Assembly (NCBI GenBank): GCA_040275305.1
Contig: JBEOJY010000022.1
Span: 3,455-67,454, forward strand
Direction: 5' to 3'
Length of the DNA: 64,000 nucleotides
Source of the DNA: Bdellovibrionales bacterium
GTDB lineage: Bacteria > Pseudomonadota > Alphaproteobacteria > UBA9219
Shown: positions 31,956 through 42,814 of the stretch, one piece after another
Numbering within the stretch: position 1 is the stretch's first letter
Layout of the letters: the number at the start of each line of letters is the position of its first letter
Notes under the pieces: generated by a model
Told to the model about the DNA's origin: nothing
The model's input: the letters and a program-made list of their open reading frames with translations, nothing else
Database searches by the model: none
Translations under genes and position numbers: made by a program

Positions 31956-32756
31956 ATGGCTTCTTCCACACGTCCTCCCCCCCATCGCCGGAGGCGCGCT
32001 CAATCGCCAAAGAAGAAACTTGGCGCCAAGAAGCCAAAATCAGCCTCTGACCAGCATTATGCCGCCGCTCCGCTTCAGCATTCTTCCGTCGAAGTCCTGA
32101 ACTTCCTTCAGCCCCGCGAGACGTTACGTCTTATCAAAGCGCGCGGCGGCAAACGTTTGGTAAAGTTTTTACGCGTCGTTTTACCGTTGTCGGCAGCGAT
32201 CGTGCTGGCTGCTATCCTTGCCTGGCCCTATCTTCATAGTTTTGACGGAAGCTTATCCCTATCGCTTGCGGCGAAAATGATCCCGATCCCCGATCTTGCC
32301 GTCGATCATTTGCGCTTTACCGGAACGGATACAAGCAACCAGCCTTATTCGGTGACGGCGGAACGCGCGACTAGGCCGGGCGGCGCCGAGGAGATTTACG
32401 ATCTGGAGAAACCGGAAGGCGATATCATGCTTAAGGATGGAGCATGGATCGCAGGCAAGGCGTTGCGAGGTCGTTATGATCGCGAGGGGCGTAAGCTTTG
32501 GCTTGGCGGCGACGTGCAATTGTTCCATGATCAGGGCTTTCAGTTCACGACGAACGAGGCCCATATCGACATGAACGACTCTTCCGCATGGGGGGAGGCT
32601 CCGGTTATGATGCAAGGCCAATTCGGCGCTATCACAGGCAAGGGTTTCACTTTGCTTGACGCTGGCAAAGTCATGGTGGTTAAGGGGCCTGCGCGCGCCG
32701 TTCTGAATTTGCGCCCGGACGCTTCGTCTGGTAAACCGGACCTGAAGAAACAATAG
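31956..32756 (+). CDS. lptC: LPS export periplasmic protein LptC with a basic N-terminal extension
   Basis: VKFLRVVLP TM, RFTGTD..QPYSVTAERA, L.G.VQLFHDQG..F.T..A.ID. Confidence 0.85.
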   Translation: MASSTRPPPHRRRRAQSPKKKLGAKKPKSASDQHYAAAPLQHSSVEVLNFLQPRETLRLIKARGGKRLVKFLRVVLPLSAAIVLAAILAWPYLHSFDGSLSLSLAAKMIPIPDLAVDHLRFTGTDTSNQPYSVTAERATRPGGAEEIYDLEKPEGDIMLKDGAWIAGKALRGRYDREGRKLWLGGDVQLFHDQGFQFTTNEAHIDMNDSSAWGEAPVMMQGQFGAITGKGFTLLDAGKVMVVKGPARAVLNLRPDASSGKPDLKKQ

Positions 32757-32763
32757 GTTATTT

Positions 32764-33765
32764 ATGCGCCGTCGCTTTGTCTTATCCATTCAATCATTGT
32801 CTGGCGGCTTACGCGCCGGATGCGGAGCATTGGCGTTGGCAAGCGTTTTAGCCAGCGCGTTTCCGGGTGGGGCTGTTGCTAAGGCCACCAAGGCGGAATC
32901 CTATGCCAAGCATTCTCCTTCTTCAGCAACCGCGCCGCTTGAATCGAGCGGCGCTTTCTCCGGTCAGACCCCGGTCGAGGTTACGGCGGATAACAGCCTT
33001 GAATGGCATCAGGCACAGAGGCTTTACGTGGCTCGCGGCAATGCGCGCGCGACGCAAGGCGAACTGACGGTCGAGGCTGACACTCTTACGGCGCATCAGC
33101 GCGAAAACGCCGCGCAGGAGAGTGCGCCTAACGGCAATGGGCTTGCTGCGGGCGGCGGGTCGATCGACAAACTGACGGCTGACGGGCATGTGCGCCTTAC
33201 GCGCGGCGCGCAGCGCATTTCCGGCGAGCATGCGGTTTACGATCTTGACGCGCGCGTGGCGATCGTGACCGGCAAGCATTTGCGCTATGAGAACGGCGAT
33301 CAAATCGTCACGGCCCGCGACTCTCTGGAGTATTACGAAGACCGCAAAATCGCAGTCGCTCGAGGCCGCGCCGTGGCGATACAAAAGGATAACAAGATCG
33401 AAGCGGATACGCTGAGCGCCGAATTCGTATCGGCAGGCACGGCGGCGGCGGCGCAGTCCGAAGGCAAAGTCGGCGGCGATCATCAGCTTAGCAAGATGAC
33501 TGCGATAGGAAACGTGGCCGTGTTCGCGGGGCGCGACGTGGCGCGGAGCGATAAGGCGGTCTACAACGCCGACAGCAAAGTCGCCGTTCTGAACGGCCAT
33601 GTACGCATCACGCGCGGAGACGGCACGCAGCTTTCGGGCGATGTCGGCGAGGTGGATTTCGCTTCGGGGCAAAGCCGATTGCTTAACGCCGGGCAAGGCG
33701 GGCGCGTGCGAGCCTTGCTGTCCACCCATGCAGGGGGCGGGAAAACAGGGACGCCAAGCCGATGA
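32764..33765 (+). CDS. lptA: LPS transport periplasmic protein LptA/OstA (duplicated jelly-roll)
   Basis: [22 protein letters not shown], two OstA-like repeats, C-terminal GRVRALL. Confidence 0.85.
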   Translation: MRRRFVLSIQSLSGGLRAGCGALALASVLASAFPGGAVAKATKAESYAKHSPSSATAPLESSGAFSGQTPVEVTADNSLEWHQAQRLYVARGNARATQGELTVEADTLTAHQRENAAQESAPNGNGLAAGGGSIDKLTADGHVRLTRGAQRISGEHAVYDLDARVAIVTGKHLRYENGDQIVTARDSLEYYEDRKIAVARGRAVAIQKDNKIEADTLSAEFVSAGTAAAAQSEGKVGGDHQLSKMTAIGNVAVFAGRDVARSDKAVYNADSKVAVLNGHVRITRGDGTQLSGDVGEVDFASGQSRLLNAGQGGRVRALLSTHAGGGKTGTPSR

Positions 33766-34601
33766 AATCACCAGGAAAAATCATTCCTTTCGGCGGAAGC
33801 TCCGGTGACAGCAAAGCGACCGCCGTTCCAGCGGAATCATCGCGTTCTTGTTCCGCGCCGCCTTTTGCCGAACTGCGTAAGCATGGGTTGGCGGCGGAGC
33901 GTCTTAGCAAGCAGTATAAGCGCCGTCCGGTCGTGCACGATGTCAGCTTCGGGCTTCAGCGCGGGGAGGTCGTGGGGCTTCTGGGACCTAATGGCGCGGG
34001 CAAGACGACCTGCTTTTACCTTGTTACCGGGTTGGTGAGGCCGGATTCCGGCAAGATCCTGTTGGACGGTCTTGATGTCACGCGCTTTCCGATGTATCGC
34101 CGCGCGCGGCTAGGCATTGGCTACCTGCCACAGGAAGCTTCAATTTTTCGCGGGCTTTCGGTCGAGGACAACCTTCGCGCCATTCTGGAAGTCATCGAGC
34201 CAGACCGCGACACGCGCGAGACGATCCTTAGCGAATTGCTGGCGGAATTCGGCATCACGCATCTGAGGCGCGCGCCTTCGCTTGCGCTGTCGGGCGGCGA
34301 GCGGCGCAGGCTTGAGATCGCAAGAGCGTTGGCTTCACAGCCGCATTTCGTGCTGCTTGACGAGCCGTTCGCGGGCATCGACCCGATCGCGCTCGGCGAT
34401 ATTCGCGACCTTGTCGTGCATTTGCGCGACCGGGGCATCGGCGTGCTGATTACCGATCACAATGTCCGCGCGACTCTGGAAATCGTTGATCGCGCCTATA
34501 TCATCCATGACGGGCGCGTGTTGATGGAAGGTTTGCCTCAGGAGATCGTTGAGCATGCCGACGTGCGGCGCGTCTATCTCGGCGACGAATTTAGGATGTG
34601 A
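33762..34601 (+). CDS. lptB: LPS export ABC transporter ATPase
   Basis: [53 protein letters not shown]. Confidence 0.96.
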   Translation: MKSPGKIIPFGGSSGDSKATAVPAESSRSCSAPPFAELRKHGLAAERLSKQYKRRPVVHDVSFGLQRGEVVGLLGPNGAGKTTCFYLVTGLVRPDSGKILLDGLDVTRFPMYRRARLGIGYLPQEASIFRGLSVEDNLRAILEVIEPDRDTRETILSELLAEFGITHLRRAPSLALSGGERRRLEIARALASQPHFVLLDEPFAGIDPIALGDIRDLVVHLRDRGIGVLITDHNVRATLEIVDRAYIIHDGRVLMEGLPQEIVEHADVRRVYLGDEFRM

Positions 34602-34689
34602 TAGGCTAAATTCTTAGCGCATGGGCATCGCGATATGCCTCACTGGCGACGTGGCGAGGTGGGCCTTTTGCAGTTTGGGCGTTGCCTTT

Positions 34690-35322
34690 TTAATCGGGTT
34701 TGCGGATGGGTTTATGGGCGAACACGTCCACGTCTTTCCATCCGGCAATGTCAAGCAAGGCGCGGACGGGAAGATAGTCCATCGCTTGACGGGCGAGGCT
34801 GTGGCGTCCCTCGCGTTCAAGCATCGCTTCAAGTTTTGCCTTCAACTTATGCAAATGCAGGACATCCGAGGCGGCGTAGGAGAGTTGTTCCGGTGTCAAG
34901 GTCGCCGCGCCCCAGTCGGAGGTTTGCTGTTCCTTCGGCAGGTCTATTCCCGCCAGATCACGAGTTAAGTCTTTCAAGCTGTGGCGGTCGGTGAAGGTTC
35001 GCGCAATCACGGACGCGACTTTTGTGCAATAGACGGGTGACGGCATGACGCCAAGGTAACGCGCTATCGCGGCTAAATCCGCTCGCGCGAAGTGGAACAA
35101 TTTGGTCACCGACGGGTCGATCATTAGCTTCTTGAGATTGGGGGCTTCATAACGTCCGGCCTCTAGCTGCACGAGATGCGCGTTGCCGTCGCCCGCCGAT
35201 AACTGCACGACACACAGTCGATCACGGTCCCAGTTGAGGCCCATGGATTCGGTGTCAACCGCGACGCAATCGCCGAAACTCAATCCATCGGGAAGATCAT
35301 TTTTGTACAGGGTGTTGGTCAT
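34690..35322 (-). CDS. rnd: Ribonuclease D family 3'-5' exonuclease
   Basis: AVDTESMG, KLFHFARAD, CTKVAS, QQTSDWG, YAASDV (DEDDy). Confidence 0.9.
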   Translation of the reverse strand: MTNTLYKNDLPDGLSFGDCVAVDTESMGLNWDRDRLCVVQLSAGDGNAHLVQLEAGRYEAPNLKKLMIDPSVTKLFHFARADLAAIARYLGVMPSPVYCTKVASVIARTFTDRHSLKDLTRDLAGIDLPKEQQTSDWGAATLTPEQLSYAASDVLHLHKLKAKLEAMLEREGRHSLARQAMDYLPVRALLDIAGWKDVDVFAHKPIRKPD

Positions 35323-35381
35323 CGGCTAGCCTTTGGTTTCCGATCCCCGCGTACTTTCGACGTGCGAATCCAAAAAGAAAA

Positions 35382-35468
35382 TGGTGCCCGGGAGAAGACT
35401 CGAACTTCCACGACATCGCTGCCACAGGTACCTGAAACCTGCGCGTCTACCAATTCCGCCACCCGGGC
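35382..35468 (-). tRNA. tRNA-Leu(CAG)
   Basis: GCCCGGGTGGCGGAATTGGTAGACGCG-CAGGT-TTCAGGT-ACCTG-long variable arm-GGAAGTTCGAGTCTTC-TCCCGGGCACCA; 87 nt with encoded CCA. Confidence 0.97.
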
Positions 35469-35577
35469 AGATGGAAGAGTGGCAAATTAGCCGTCTTGCG
35501 GCCAAAGCGCAAGCGGCGGTTTCATGTATCTATCGTACCTGAAGAGTTGGCAGACATTGACGCAAGGCAGGATGGAT

Positions 35578-35737
35578 TCCCTCCCCCTTGCGGGCAGGGG
35601 TAGTTAGGGTGGGGGCCGGAAACAAGAAAGCAGGCATTAGGTATTAGAACGCCCTCGCGGCAGGATTCTGCCTTCTGATTCCTGTTTTCTGCTAGCTGAA
35701 TCCCCCCCTCCCTATCCCTCCCCACGAGGGGGAGGGG
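35578..35737. repeat. C/G-tract REP-like inverted repeat (ccctccccct...agggg family)
   Basis: ccctcccccttgcgggcagggg...ggtggggg / ccccccctccctatccctcccacgagggggagggg; related to 47774..47885. Confidence 0.7.
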
Positions 35738-35810
35738 ACCACACTGCCCTTACTTCGAAATTGTTCCCAACTTTTGAAGTGAATGAGTGAATATTCTGAG
35801 ATGCAATCCT

Positions 35811-36038
35811 TTACCTTACGCACTCGTACAGGTCGCCCTGACGGATGGGGCCGGGCGCGAGGAGGCGTGGAGCAGGTTCATGTTGGCCGAGGGCAAGCTT
35901 CGCAAAGATATCTATGGGATGTTGCAGATTTGCTTGGCCAGGTAAAACCTCGTAGCCACTCGTCAAACCCGATCTTCTTCTGCCCAAGGCCACTTGCGCC
36001 GCCAATATCAGGCCAATTCTCTGATTCCACTTTGTCAT
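35811..36038 (-). CDS. Small orphan ORF (75 aa)
   Basis: Strong SD AGAGGA upstream of ATG 36038; no motif recognised. Confidence 0.4.
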   Translation of the reverse strand: MTKWNQRIGLILAAQVALGRRRSGLTSGYEVLPGQANLQHPIDIFAKLALGQHEPAPRLLAPGPIRQGDLYECVR

Positions 36039-36086
36039 ATTATCCTCTGTTAAAAATAGCCGAATCCTTATAGTTTTCCATACGCT

Positions 36087-36998
36087 ATGAATCATCATTC
36101 GCAAATTACAATCTTCGGGGCGTCCGGGCTCATCGGGCGGCATTTAGTGCGGCGCGTGGCTCAAACGGGCGCGGTGATCCGCGTTCCGACTCGAGACCTT
36201 GAAAAATCCCTGGTTCTCAAACCGATGGGCGGTCCGGGGCAGATTGCCCCTGTGCTGTGCGCCTTGCGTAGCGATGCCTCGGTCGCCGAGGCTATCGGCA
36301 AAGCAGATACGGTCGTCAATCTGGTTGGAACGCTATACGAGAAAGGGCGCGACAGCTTTCAGGCGATACATGTCGAGGGGGCGGCGAGGATTGCCCGCGC
36401 GGCGCGCGAATGCGGGGCGAGGCGGTTTATCCATGTTTCTTCACTAGCGGCTGACAAGAATTCTCCTGCATCCTATGGTCGCAGCAAAGCGGCGAGCGAG
36501 GAAGCGGTCCGCTCGATTTTCCCTGAGGCTACTATTATCAGGCCAAGTCTTGTCACCGGGCCGGAGGACCGTTTCTTTAGTATGTTCGCGAAAATGGCAA
36601 GAATCTCGCCCTTTCTTCCTCTCATCGGCGGTGGGGGGACGCAGTTTCAGCCTGTCTATGTTGGCGACGTAGCGGAAGCGATGTTGCGCGTTCTTGATTC
36701 CCCCGACACGCAAGGCAAAGTTTATGCGTTAGGCGGGCCGCAGATTTATACGTTCCGCAGGCTTATGGAGATGATGTTGGAGGCTATGGGGATCCGGCGG
36801 CAATTTGTCGCGGTTCCGTGGGGGCTTGCCACAATGCTTGGCACGGTTATGGAGTTGCTCCCCTGCCCTCCGTTGACGCGCGACCAGGTTGAGTTGCTTA
36901 AATCAGACAACGTCGTATGCCCCGGCAAGTGCGTCCATACGCTGAGCGATCTTGGGGTTACGCCGACGCCGATTGAGACGGTCTTGCCTGTTTTCTAG
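36087..36998 (+). CDS. Complex I NDUFA9-like atypical SDR (NAD(P)H-binding)
   Basis: TIFGASGLIGR, VVNLVG, FIHVSSL, YGRSKA, IIRPS, FQPVYVGDVA. Confidence 0.9.
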   Translation: MNHHSQITIFGASGLIGRHLVRRVAQTGAVIRVPTRDLEKSLVLKPMGGPGQIAPVLCALRSDASVAEAIGKADTVVNLVGTLYEKGRDSFQAIHVEGAARIARAARECGARRFIHVSSLAADKNSPASYGRSKAASEEAVRSIFPEATIIRPSLVTGPEDRFFSMFAKMARISPFLPLIGGGGTQFQPVYVGDVAEAMLRVLDSPDTQGKVYALGGPQIYTFRRLMEMMLEAMGIRRQFVAVPWGLATMLGTVMELLPCPPLTRDQVELLKSDNVVCPGKCVHTLSDLGVTPTPIETVLPVF

Positions 36999-37004
36999 GG
37001 GTGC

Positions 37005-37499
37005 TCAGGTTGTCAGCTCCGAAGTCTGTGTTCTTGTATTATAGTGGTTACGCAAAATATTCAGGTCAGGCTCCTGGATTGCAGGAAATTTTAGGGTGAT
37101 CAGCCTGCGGAGTTCTTCAAAACTAAATTTTATTTTTATCCCTTTATGTTGCTCGTCTTGTGCCAGTATTTTTTGCGCTGGAGTAGAACGATTTTCAACA
37201 AGTTCACTAGCTGCGTGCGCGAAGGCGATTACAGGAAACCCAAGGGCGTGAGCTTCTAGGTAGAGGCTTTGCCTCTCGGTTTCGTCGGTAGTCGGGATCA
37301 ATTTCGTATTCCGCATGCCCTGAATTTCTGCCCCCCACATTATCGCTTCGAGGCGGCGCACAACACCATTCACCTGCGTATTTATTGCGTTACTGCATAT
37401 TTCAGCTACCTCTTGCCAGCTTTTGGGGTCACCGCCTTCGATGTGACTAACCGCTGTTTTCATGTATAGAGGCAATTCTATGTTGTTATGCTTAATCAT
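37005..37499 (-). CDS. Orphan protein, paralog of 37613..38383
   Basis: AT-richer ORF with SD AAGGA; shares PKSW, EA.M.GA and AFA.AA.EL motifs with its neighbour. Confidence 0.7.
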   Translation of the reverse strand: MIKHNNIELPLYMKTAVSHIEGGDPKSWQEVAEICSNAINTQVNGVVRRLEAIMWGAEIQGMRNTKLIPTTDETERQSLYLEAHALGFPVIAFAHAASELVENRSTPAQKILAQDEQHKGIKIKFSFEELRRLITLKFPAIQEPDLNILRNHYNTRTQTSELTT

Positions 37500-37612
37500 A
37501 TTTTATCCTTTATTATTCCGATTGTTTATTTGCGCTTATTATTTAAAATTTCACACAGCGCCGTTGCTTCTTGCTCAATGGTGATTTTGATTTCTTTCGC
37601 TGCATTTGCGAG

Positions 37613-38383
37613 TTATTGCATGATGTATTTCTGGTTTACTTTTCCGGATCGCACGATTGCGTAGACCGTCCTCAACGGCTCTTCGCAGAGTTGGTCAACA
37701 TAACCGCTGTATTTTTTGATGCTTGCCATGACCTGATGAAATGGCACATTGTTTAATTTCTGATAGGTTGTTTGATCAATACCCCTCAAAATTTCTTGTC
37801 GGTCCAGACTGCTTGCCACATCGGCATTGGATGGAACATTGGGATTGGGTATGTTCGCATGTGGCTGATGCAATTCTGTCAGCCTGTTTGTCAATTCGTT
37901 CGCGGCAACAGCGAAGGCCCTGACCACTTCTCCAACGCCTAATGCCATTTTGCAGTTATTTCTTCTGTCTTCGTCCGATGAAAAGCTGGCGGCATCTTTG
38001 GCGCGCATCAACACATCAGCGCCATACATGCTGGCTTCTGCAATGTCCGCGTATTGTTGCTCACCGCAGAGCGAGAACAGTGTTTGAAAGGAGTCCGGCT
38101 TCAAATAGAAGCGTTTGACGATCCCACAGATTTCATGACTGCTGTGATTGCGCAAAGCTTCGGCATTTTGCGCAATCGCGCTCCATGATTTGGGTGATAA
38201 TGCGCAAATCCTGTCAATTATCCTTGCCGCGCTGATTGCGTAAAGCGTTTCGTATGCCTCTCTTCTGTACGCAAATGTTTCTCGATCTTGGGAATTGTTA
38301 TTAACTTCCATGTCAGTCTTTCCAATCTCATGGCATACAATATTCATGCGCGCATCATATGTATGATCATTTACTTGCGGCAC
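37613..38383 (-). CDS. Orphan protein, paralog of 37005..37499
   Basis: 256-aa ORF sharing ordered motifs with its neighbour. Confidence 0.72.
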   Translation of the reverse strand: MPQVNDHTYDARMNIVCHEIGKTDMEVNNNSQDRETFAYRREAYETLYAISAARIIDRICALSPKSWSAIAQNAEALRNHSSHEICGIVKRFYLKPDSFQTLFSLCGEQQYADIAEASMYGADVLMRAKDAASFSSDEDRRNNCKMALGVGEVVRAFAVAANELTNRLTELHQPHANIPNPNVPSNADVASSLDRQEILRGIDQTTYQKLNNVPFHQVMASIKKYSGYVDQLCEEPLRTVYAIVRSGKVNQKYIMQ

Positions 38384-38442
38384 ATAATTCGTGGTTAATG
38401 GTCGAAAAAATTGCAGATATAATGCCCGTTCTTGGTGGTTGC

Positions 38443-38596
38443 AAAGGGCGTCCTTGCGGAAAGAGCCGCCTTTGCGAGGAGATGTCCGCCGCTGGCGGAA
38501 AACGACGCGGCAATCCAGAGTCGTCAGGGGTTGTCTTACGTCGGTAGATTGCTTCGCCCCAAGCGGGGGGGGGCTCGCAATGACGGCCCTTTTTGC
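38443..38596. repeat. Degenerate CGTC-type REP element
   Basis: gcaaagggcgtccttgcgga...gcaatccagag...agattgcttcgcc...gctcgcaatgacggccctttttgc. Confidence 0.7.
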
Positions 38597-38704
38597 GTCT
38601 TATGTCCATAGGCCTCCTGAGCCTGAGGACGGTTTGGCTGTTACCAATACTGTGCGCGAGCAGGTCAGGGCCTGCCTGCGCGGGCATGAAGGCTTGAGGA
38701 TGGG

Positions 38705-40183
<1,479 letters not shown>

Positions 40184-40422
40184 TCAGGGGCTTGTCCCCT
40201 TGCGGGACTGGTTAACGATGGCGAGGATATATAGCTTAATTTTGTCGTCCATGCCAAGGAGAATTAATAATTTCGACACAGGCTTTTTGTTCGCCATGAC
40301 AACTATTTTGCGCGCCATCTCCGCAAATTAACCACCCCATATTCATGGAACCAAACTAGTTCACATTAACTGTTTCCATTTTATTCTATTTGCTTTCATG
40401 TATTTATGTAAAATCTACTTCT

Positions 40423-42480
40423 ATGGCTACAAAACAGATAGAAAAAATCTTCAGCCTTATCCGCGCGTCGCATTTTCCGACTTGGATAAAGCACCGTTCA
40501 GCGCTCACGGAGGAGTCCCTTCAAGCAGCGTTGCTGAAAATTTGGGGGAAGAATCCGCAAGACATTTCCCAGAACGAATTCCAACGCATTCATGACGCGC
40601 TGCAAATTGCTACGGAAATTAAGAAGCTGCGTGGCATCGGATTTGAACATTTACTTTCTTCCGATCCCCAAACAGGTATAGAAACGCTGGCGATTCTCAG
40701 CAAACGCGAAACAAATCCGGACAGGCGCGCATCAGAATGCGACATCATCGCCATGATCCTGAGCGATTATCTGAGGGTCATCGAAGGGCTTCAGAATAAG
40801 CCTGTGGAAGCACAGAGGGAACAAATTAACTCATTATTCGATAAGATTTTTGCCCCGAGTGCAGATATTACGGATGTTTTTCTTTCATTTCCGACTGTTG
40901 GCACGTGTATTAGCTCTGAAAAATCTATTCGTTCGCTCAGAAGCACCCCCAATATCGAGAAGATACGCAAGCTGACAAAGGCTTTGATTCGAGTCAGCAC
41001 GATCAATCTACTCGAACGCAGCTGCGCACGCGAAGTATCAAAAAGAAAAGGCTGCGCGAATTATCGTAAAGCGCGTTACGAAGCCTTTGACCACATGGTC
41101 GCGGGAATCGTTGACAAGCACGAATCCACGATTCTTATTCGTGGCGCACAGAAACTCATTCAGGCGCAAAACAGGCTTAGACAACAAGGGCTGCATAAAG
41201 AAGACAGGGATGAACTTCTTTCCGAGCTGGAAGGAATCTATATTCCTCTTTCCGAAGCGTATCATTACAACGCGCTTGCGAAATCGCTTAAGGACCTTGT
41301 GTTCGAGGCCAGAGAACCAGAGGTTTACAATAGGTTCAAAGATACCGCCCTTCAGGCAGCCAGAGCTTGCGTTCCTGAGGAACGTAGAAAATGCATCAAT
41401 GATATGGCTTCGGCGGAAGGCATGGTCTGTTCCTATGTTGAAGCGCTGTTTAAGGAACGCATACAGGAACACTATCGCAGTACTTGCGTTGTCGAAGTTC
41501 GGCTTAAGAATCTTTCGGATGTACGGAATAAACTTGCCCACAAAGATCGTGCGCACGCACGGGATTTTATTGGCGCGCGCATTGTCGTTAAAATCCCCAA
41601 TAGCGAGAGACTTAACCCGCGGGAACTCGCCGCGAGAGAGAAACAGGCCGTTACAGAAATTTATAATGCGTTGTTGCAGCCGACAGTCGCTACATCCCGC
41701 AATAGCATAAGCAGCTTTACCCATGCCGATGCCGATGCCATGCGGCGATCTTCCAATCCCCTTGCTGAGTGGTACAGCACCATAACAGACGACGACAGGG
41801 TTGCGAAGAAACCCCCAAGCGGGTGTTGCAAGCAGGCAAAAAAGAAGCGTCCCAATCTTGGCGAGGGCGTTTCAGCATCATCCAATGCTGATGATGGGCT
41901 CACAATCGCCAAAACTGATTTTTTTGACGATTATCTTACCTATCCGCGCCCAACGGGTTATCAGGCTCTGCAAAATATTCTTAAAATTGGGGATGGCGTC
42001 TGCGAGGTACAGGTTGTCGGGCACGAGATGCGCAAGCGTAACGAGAGTGGCAATGCAGACCATGCGGTCTACGCGCAAAAAAGGAGGGGCGGGGTTACAG
42101 TCGATCCTTCGTCCGCTGCCTACACCACGTCCATATTTGTTCTTGAGACGGCTTCCCATGTCTATGACAATGATATCGTCGTCGTTTCAAAAGGCGATAG
42201 CGTCGCGGATTTTTTGGCTAGAAAACCTGAAGACTTTTTTGCGGCAACCTATGTCACGGTGGAGCGCAGCGATGATTCCTCAGTTCCAACCAACGCCAAA
42301 GATGCCCTTAAAACCCTACTTTCCTCCGGCGACCGCGTAGTATTCGAAGGAAATGCCGAACGGCTTACGTCACGCGAGCACAGAGAATCCTTGATCGAGG
42401 AATGGGGCGCTCATCTATCCCCAGCTCTGCGTAATGGCCTTATGGAGTATCATCACCGACTTGGTTCACCCCAACCATAA
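40423..42480 (+). CDS. Divergent RelA/SpoT homolog (hydrolase-dead, synthetase-like, TGS-like; no ACT)
   Basis: RLKNL, DFIGARIVV, FFDDY..YPRPTGYQAL, EVQV, E.GNADHAVY; HD-region remnants AMILSD and LEGIYIPL; TGS-like IFV...GDSVADF...L.SGD.V. Confidence 0.82.
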   Translation: MATKQIEKIFSLIRASHFPTWIKHRSALTEESLQAALLKIWGKNPQDISQNEFQRIHDALQIATEIKKLRGIGFEHLLSSDPQTGIETLAILSKRETNPDRRASECDIIAMILSDYLRVIEGLQNKPVEAQREQINSLFDKIFAPSADITDVFLSFPTVGTCISSEKSIRSLRSTPNIEKIRKLTKALIRVSTINLLERSCAREVSKRKGCANYRKARYEAFDHMVAGIVDKHESTILIRGAQKLIQAQNRLRQQGLHKEDRDELLSELEGIYIPLSEAYHYNALAKSLKDLVFEAREPEVYNRFKDTALQAARACVPEERRKCINDMASAEGMVCSYVEALFKERIQEHYRSTCVVEVRLKNLSDVRNKLAHKDRAHARDFIGARIVVKIPNSERLNPRELAAREKQAVTEIYNALLQPTVATSRNSISSFTHADADAMRRSSNPLAEWYSTITDDDRVAKKPPSGCCKQAKKKRPNLGEGVSASSNADDGLTIAKTDFFDDYLTYPRPTGYQALQNILKIGDGVCEVQVVGHEMRKRNESGNADHAVYAQKRRGGVTVDPSSAAYTTSIFVLETASHVYDNDIVVVSKGDSVADFLARKPEDFFAATYVTVERSDDSSVPTNAKDALKTLLSSGDRVVFEGNAERLTSREHRESLIEEWGAHLSPALRNGLMEYHHRLGSPQP

Positions 42481-42552
42481 GCTCTCACGACGCGTTAACA
42501 GTCTGCTGAAAAACGTTTCTGGAGGCGCTGGTGCTTATAGAAGAAGAAAATG

Positions 42553-42660
42553 GGATGCCCGCCTCGCGGGCATGACGCTTGTTTTTATTGAGAAGTTTTT
42601 CTCAACAGGCGCTGTCACACCCGTCCCCGCCTCCGCGAGGACAGGCTCCGGCGGGTGTCC
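42553..42660. repeat. REP-like composite repeat
   Basis: ggatgcccgcctcgcgggcatgacg plus a 46-bp core identical to 26086..26131. Confidence 0.85.
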
Positions 42661-42814
42661 CATTTAGTATTTGCGCCTTCCTGATGGGTTTTTTGGCAAA
42701 CTGTTAATTTATTCGCTCACCTTAAACAGGTTGAGATTTGCGCTGGAAGCAAGTACCTGTTGTCCATGATCCTTTATGTCTGGACATATCTTTAACACAC
42801 CACAGCGATACGCC

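Noticed and set aside
35382-38400. Integrative element at tRNA-Leu
   Set aside because: No integrase and no duplicated tRNA 3' end; the core gene rnd lies directly downstream of the tRNA.
41830-41860. KKKRP as a nuclear localisation signal in the RSH insertion
   Set aside because: Short basic runs arise by chance; there is no independent evidence for eukaryotic delivery.
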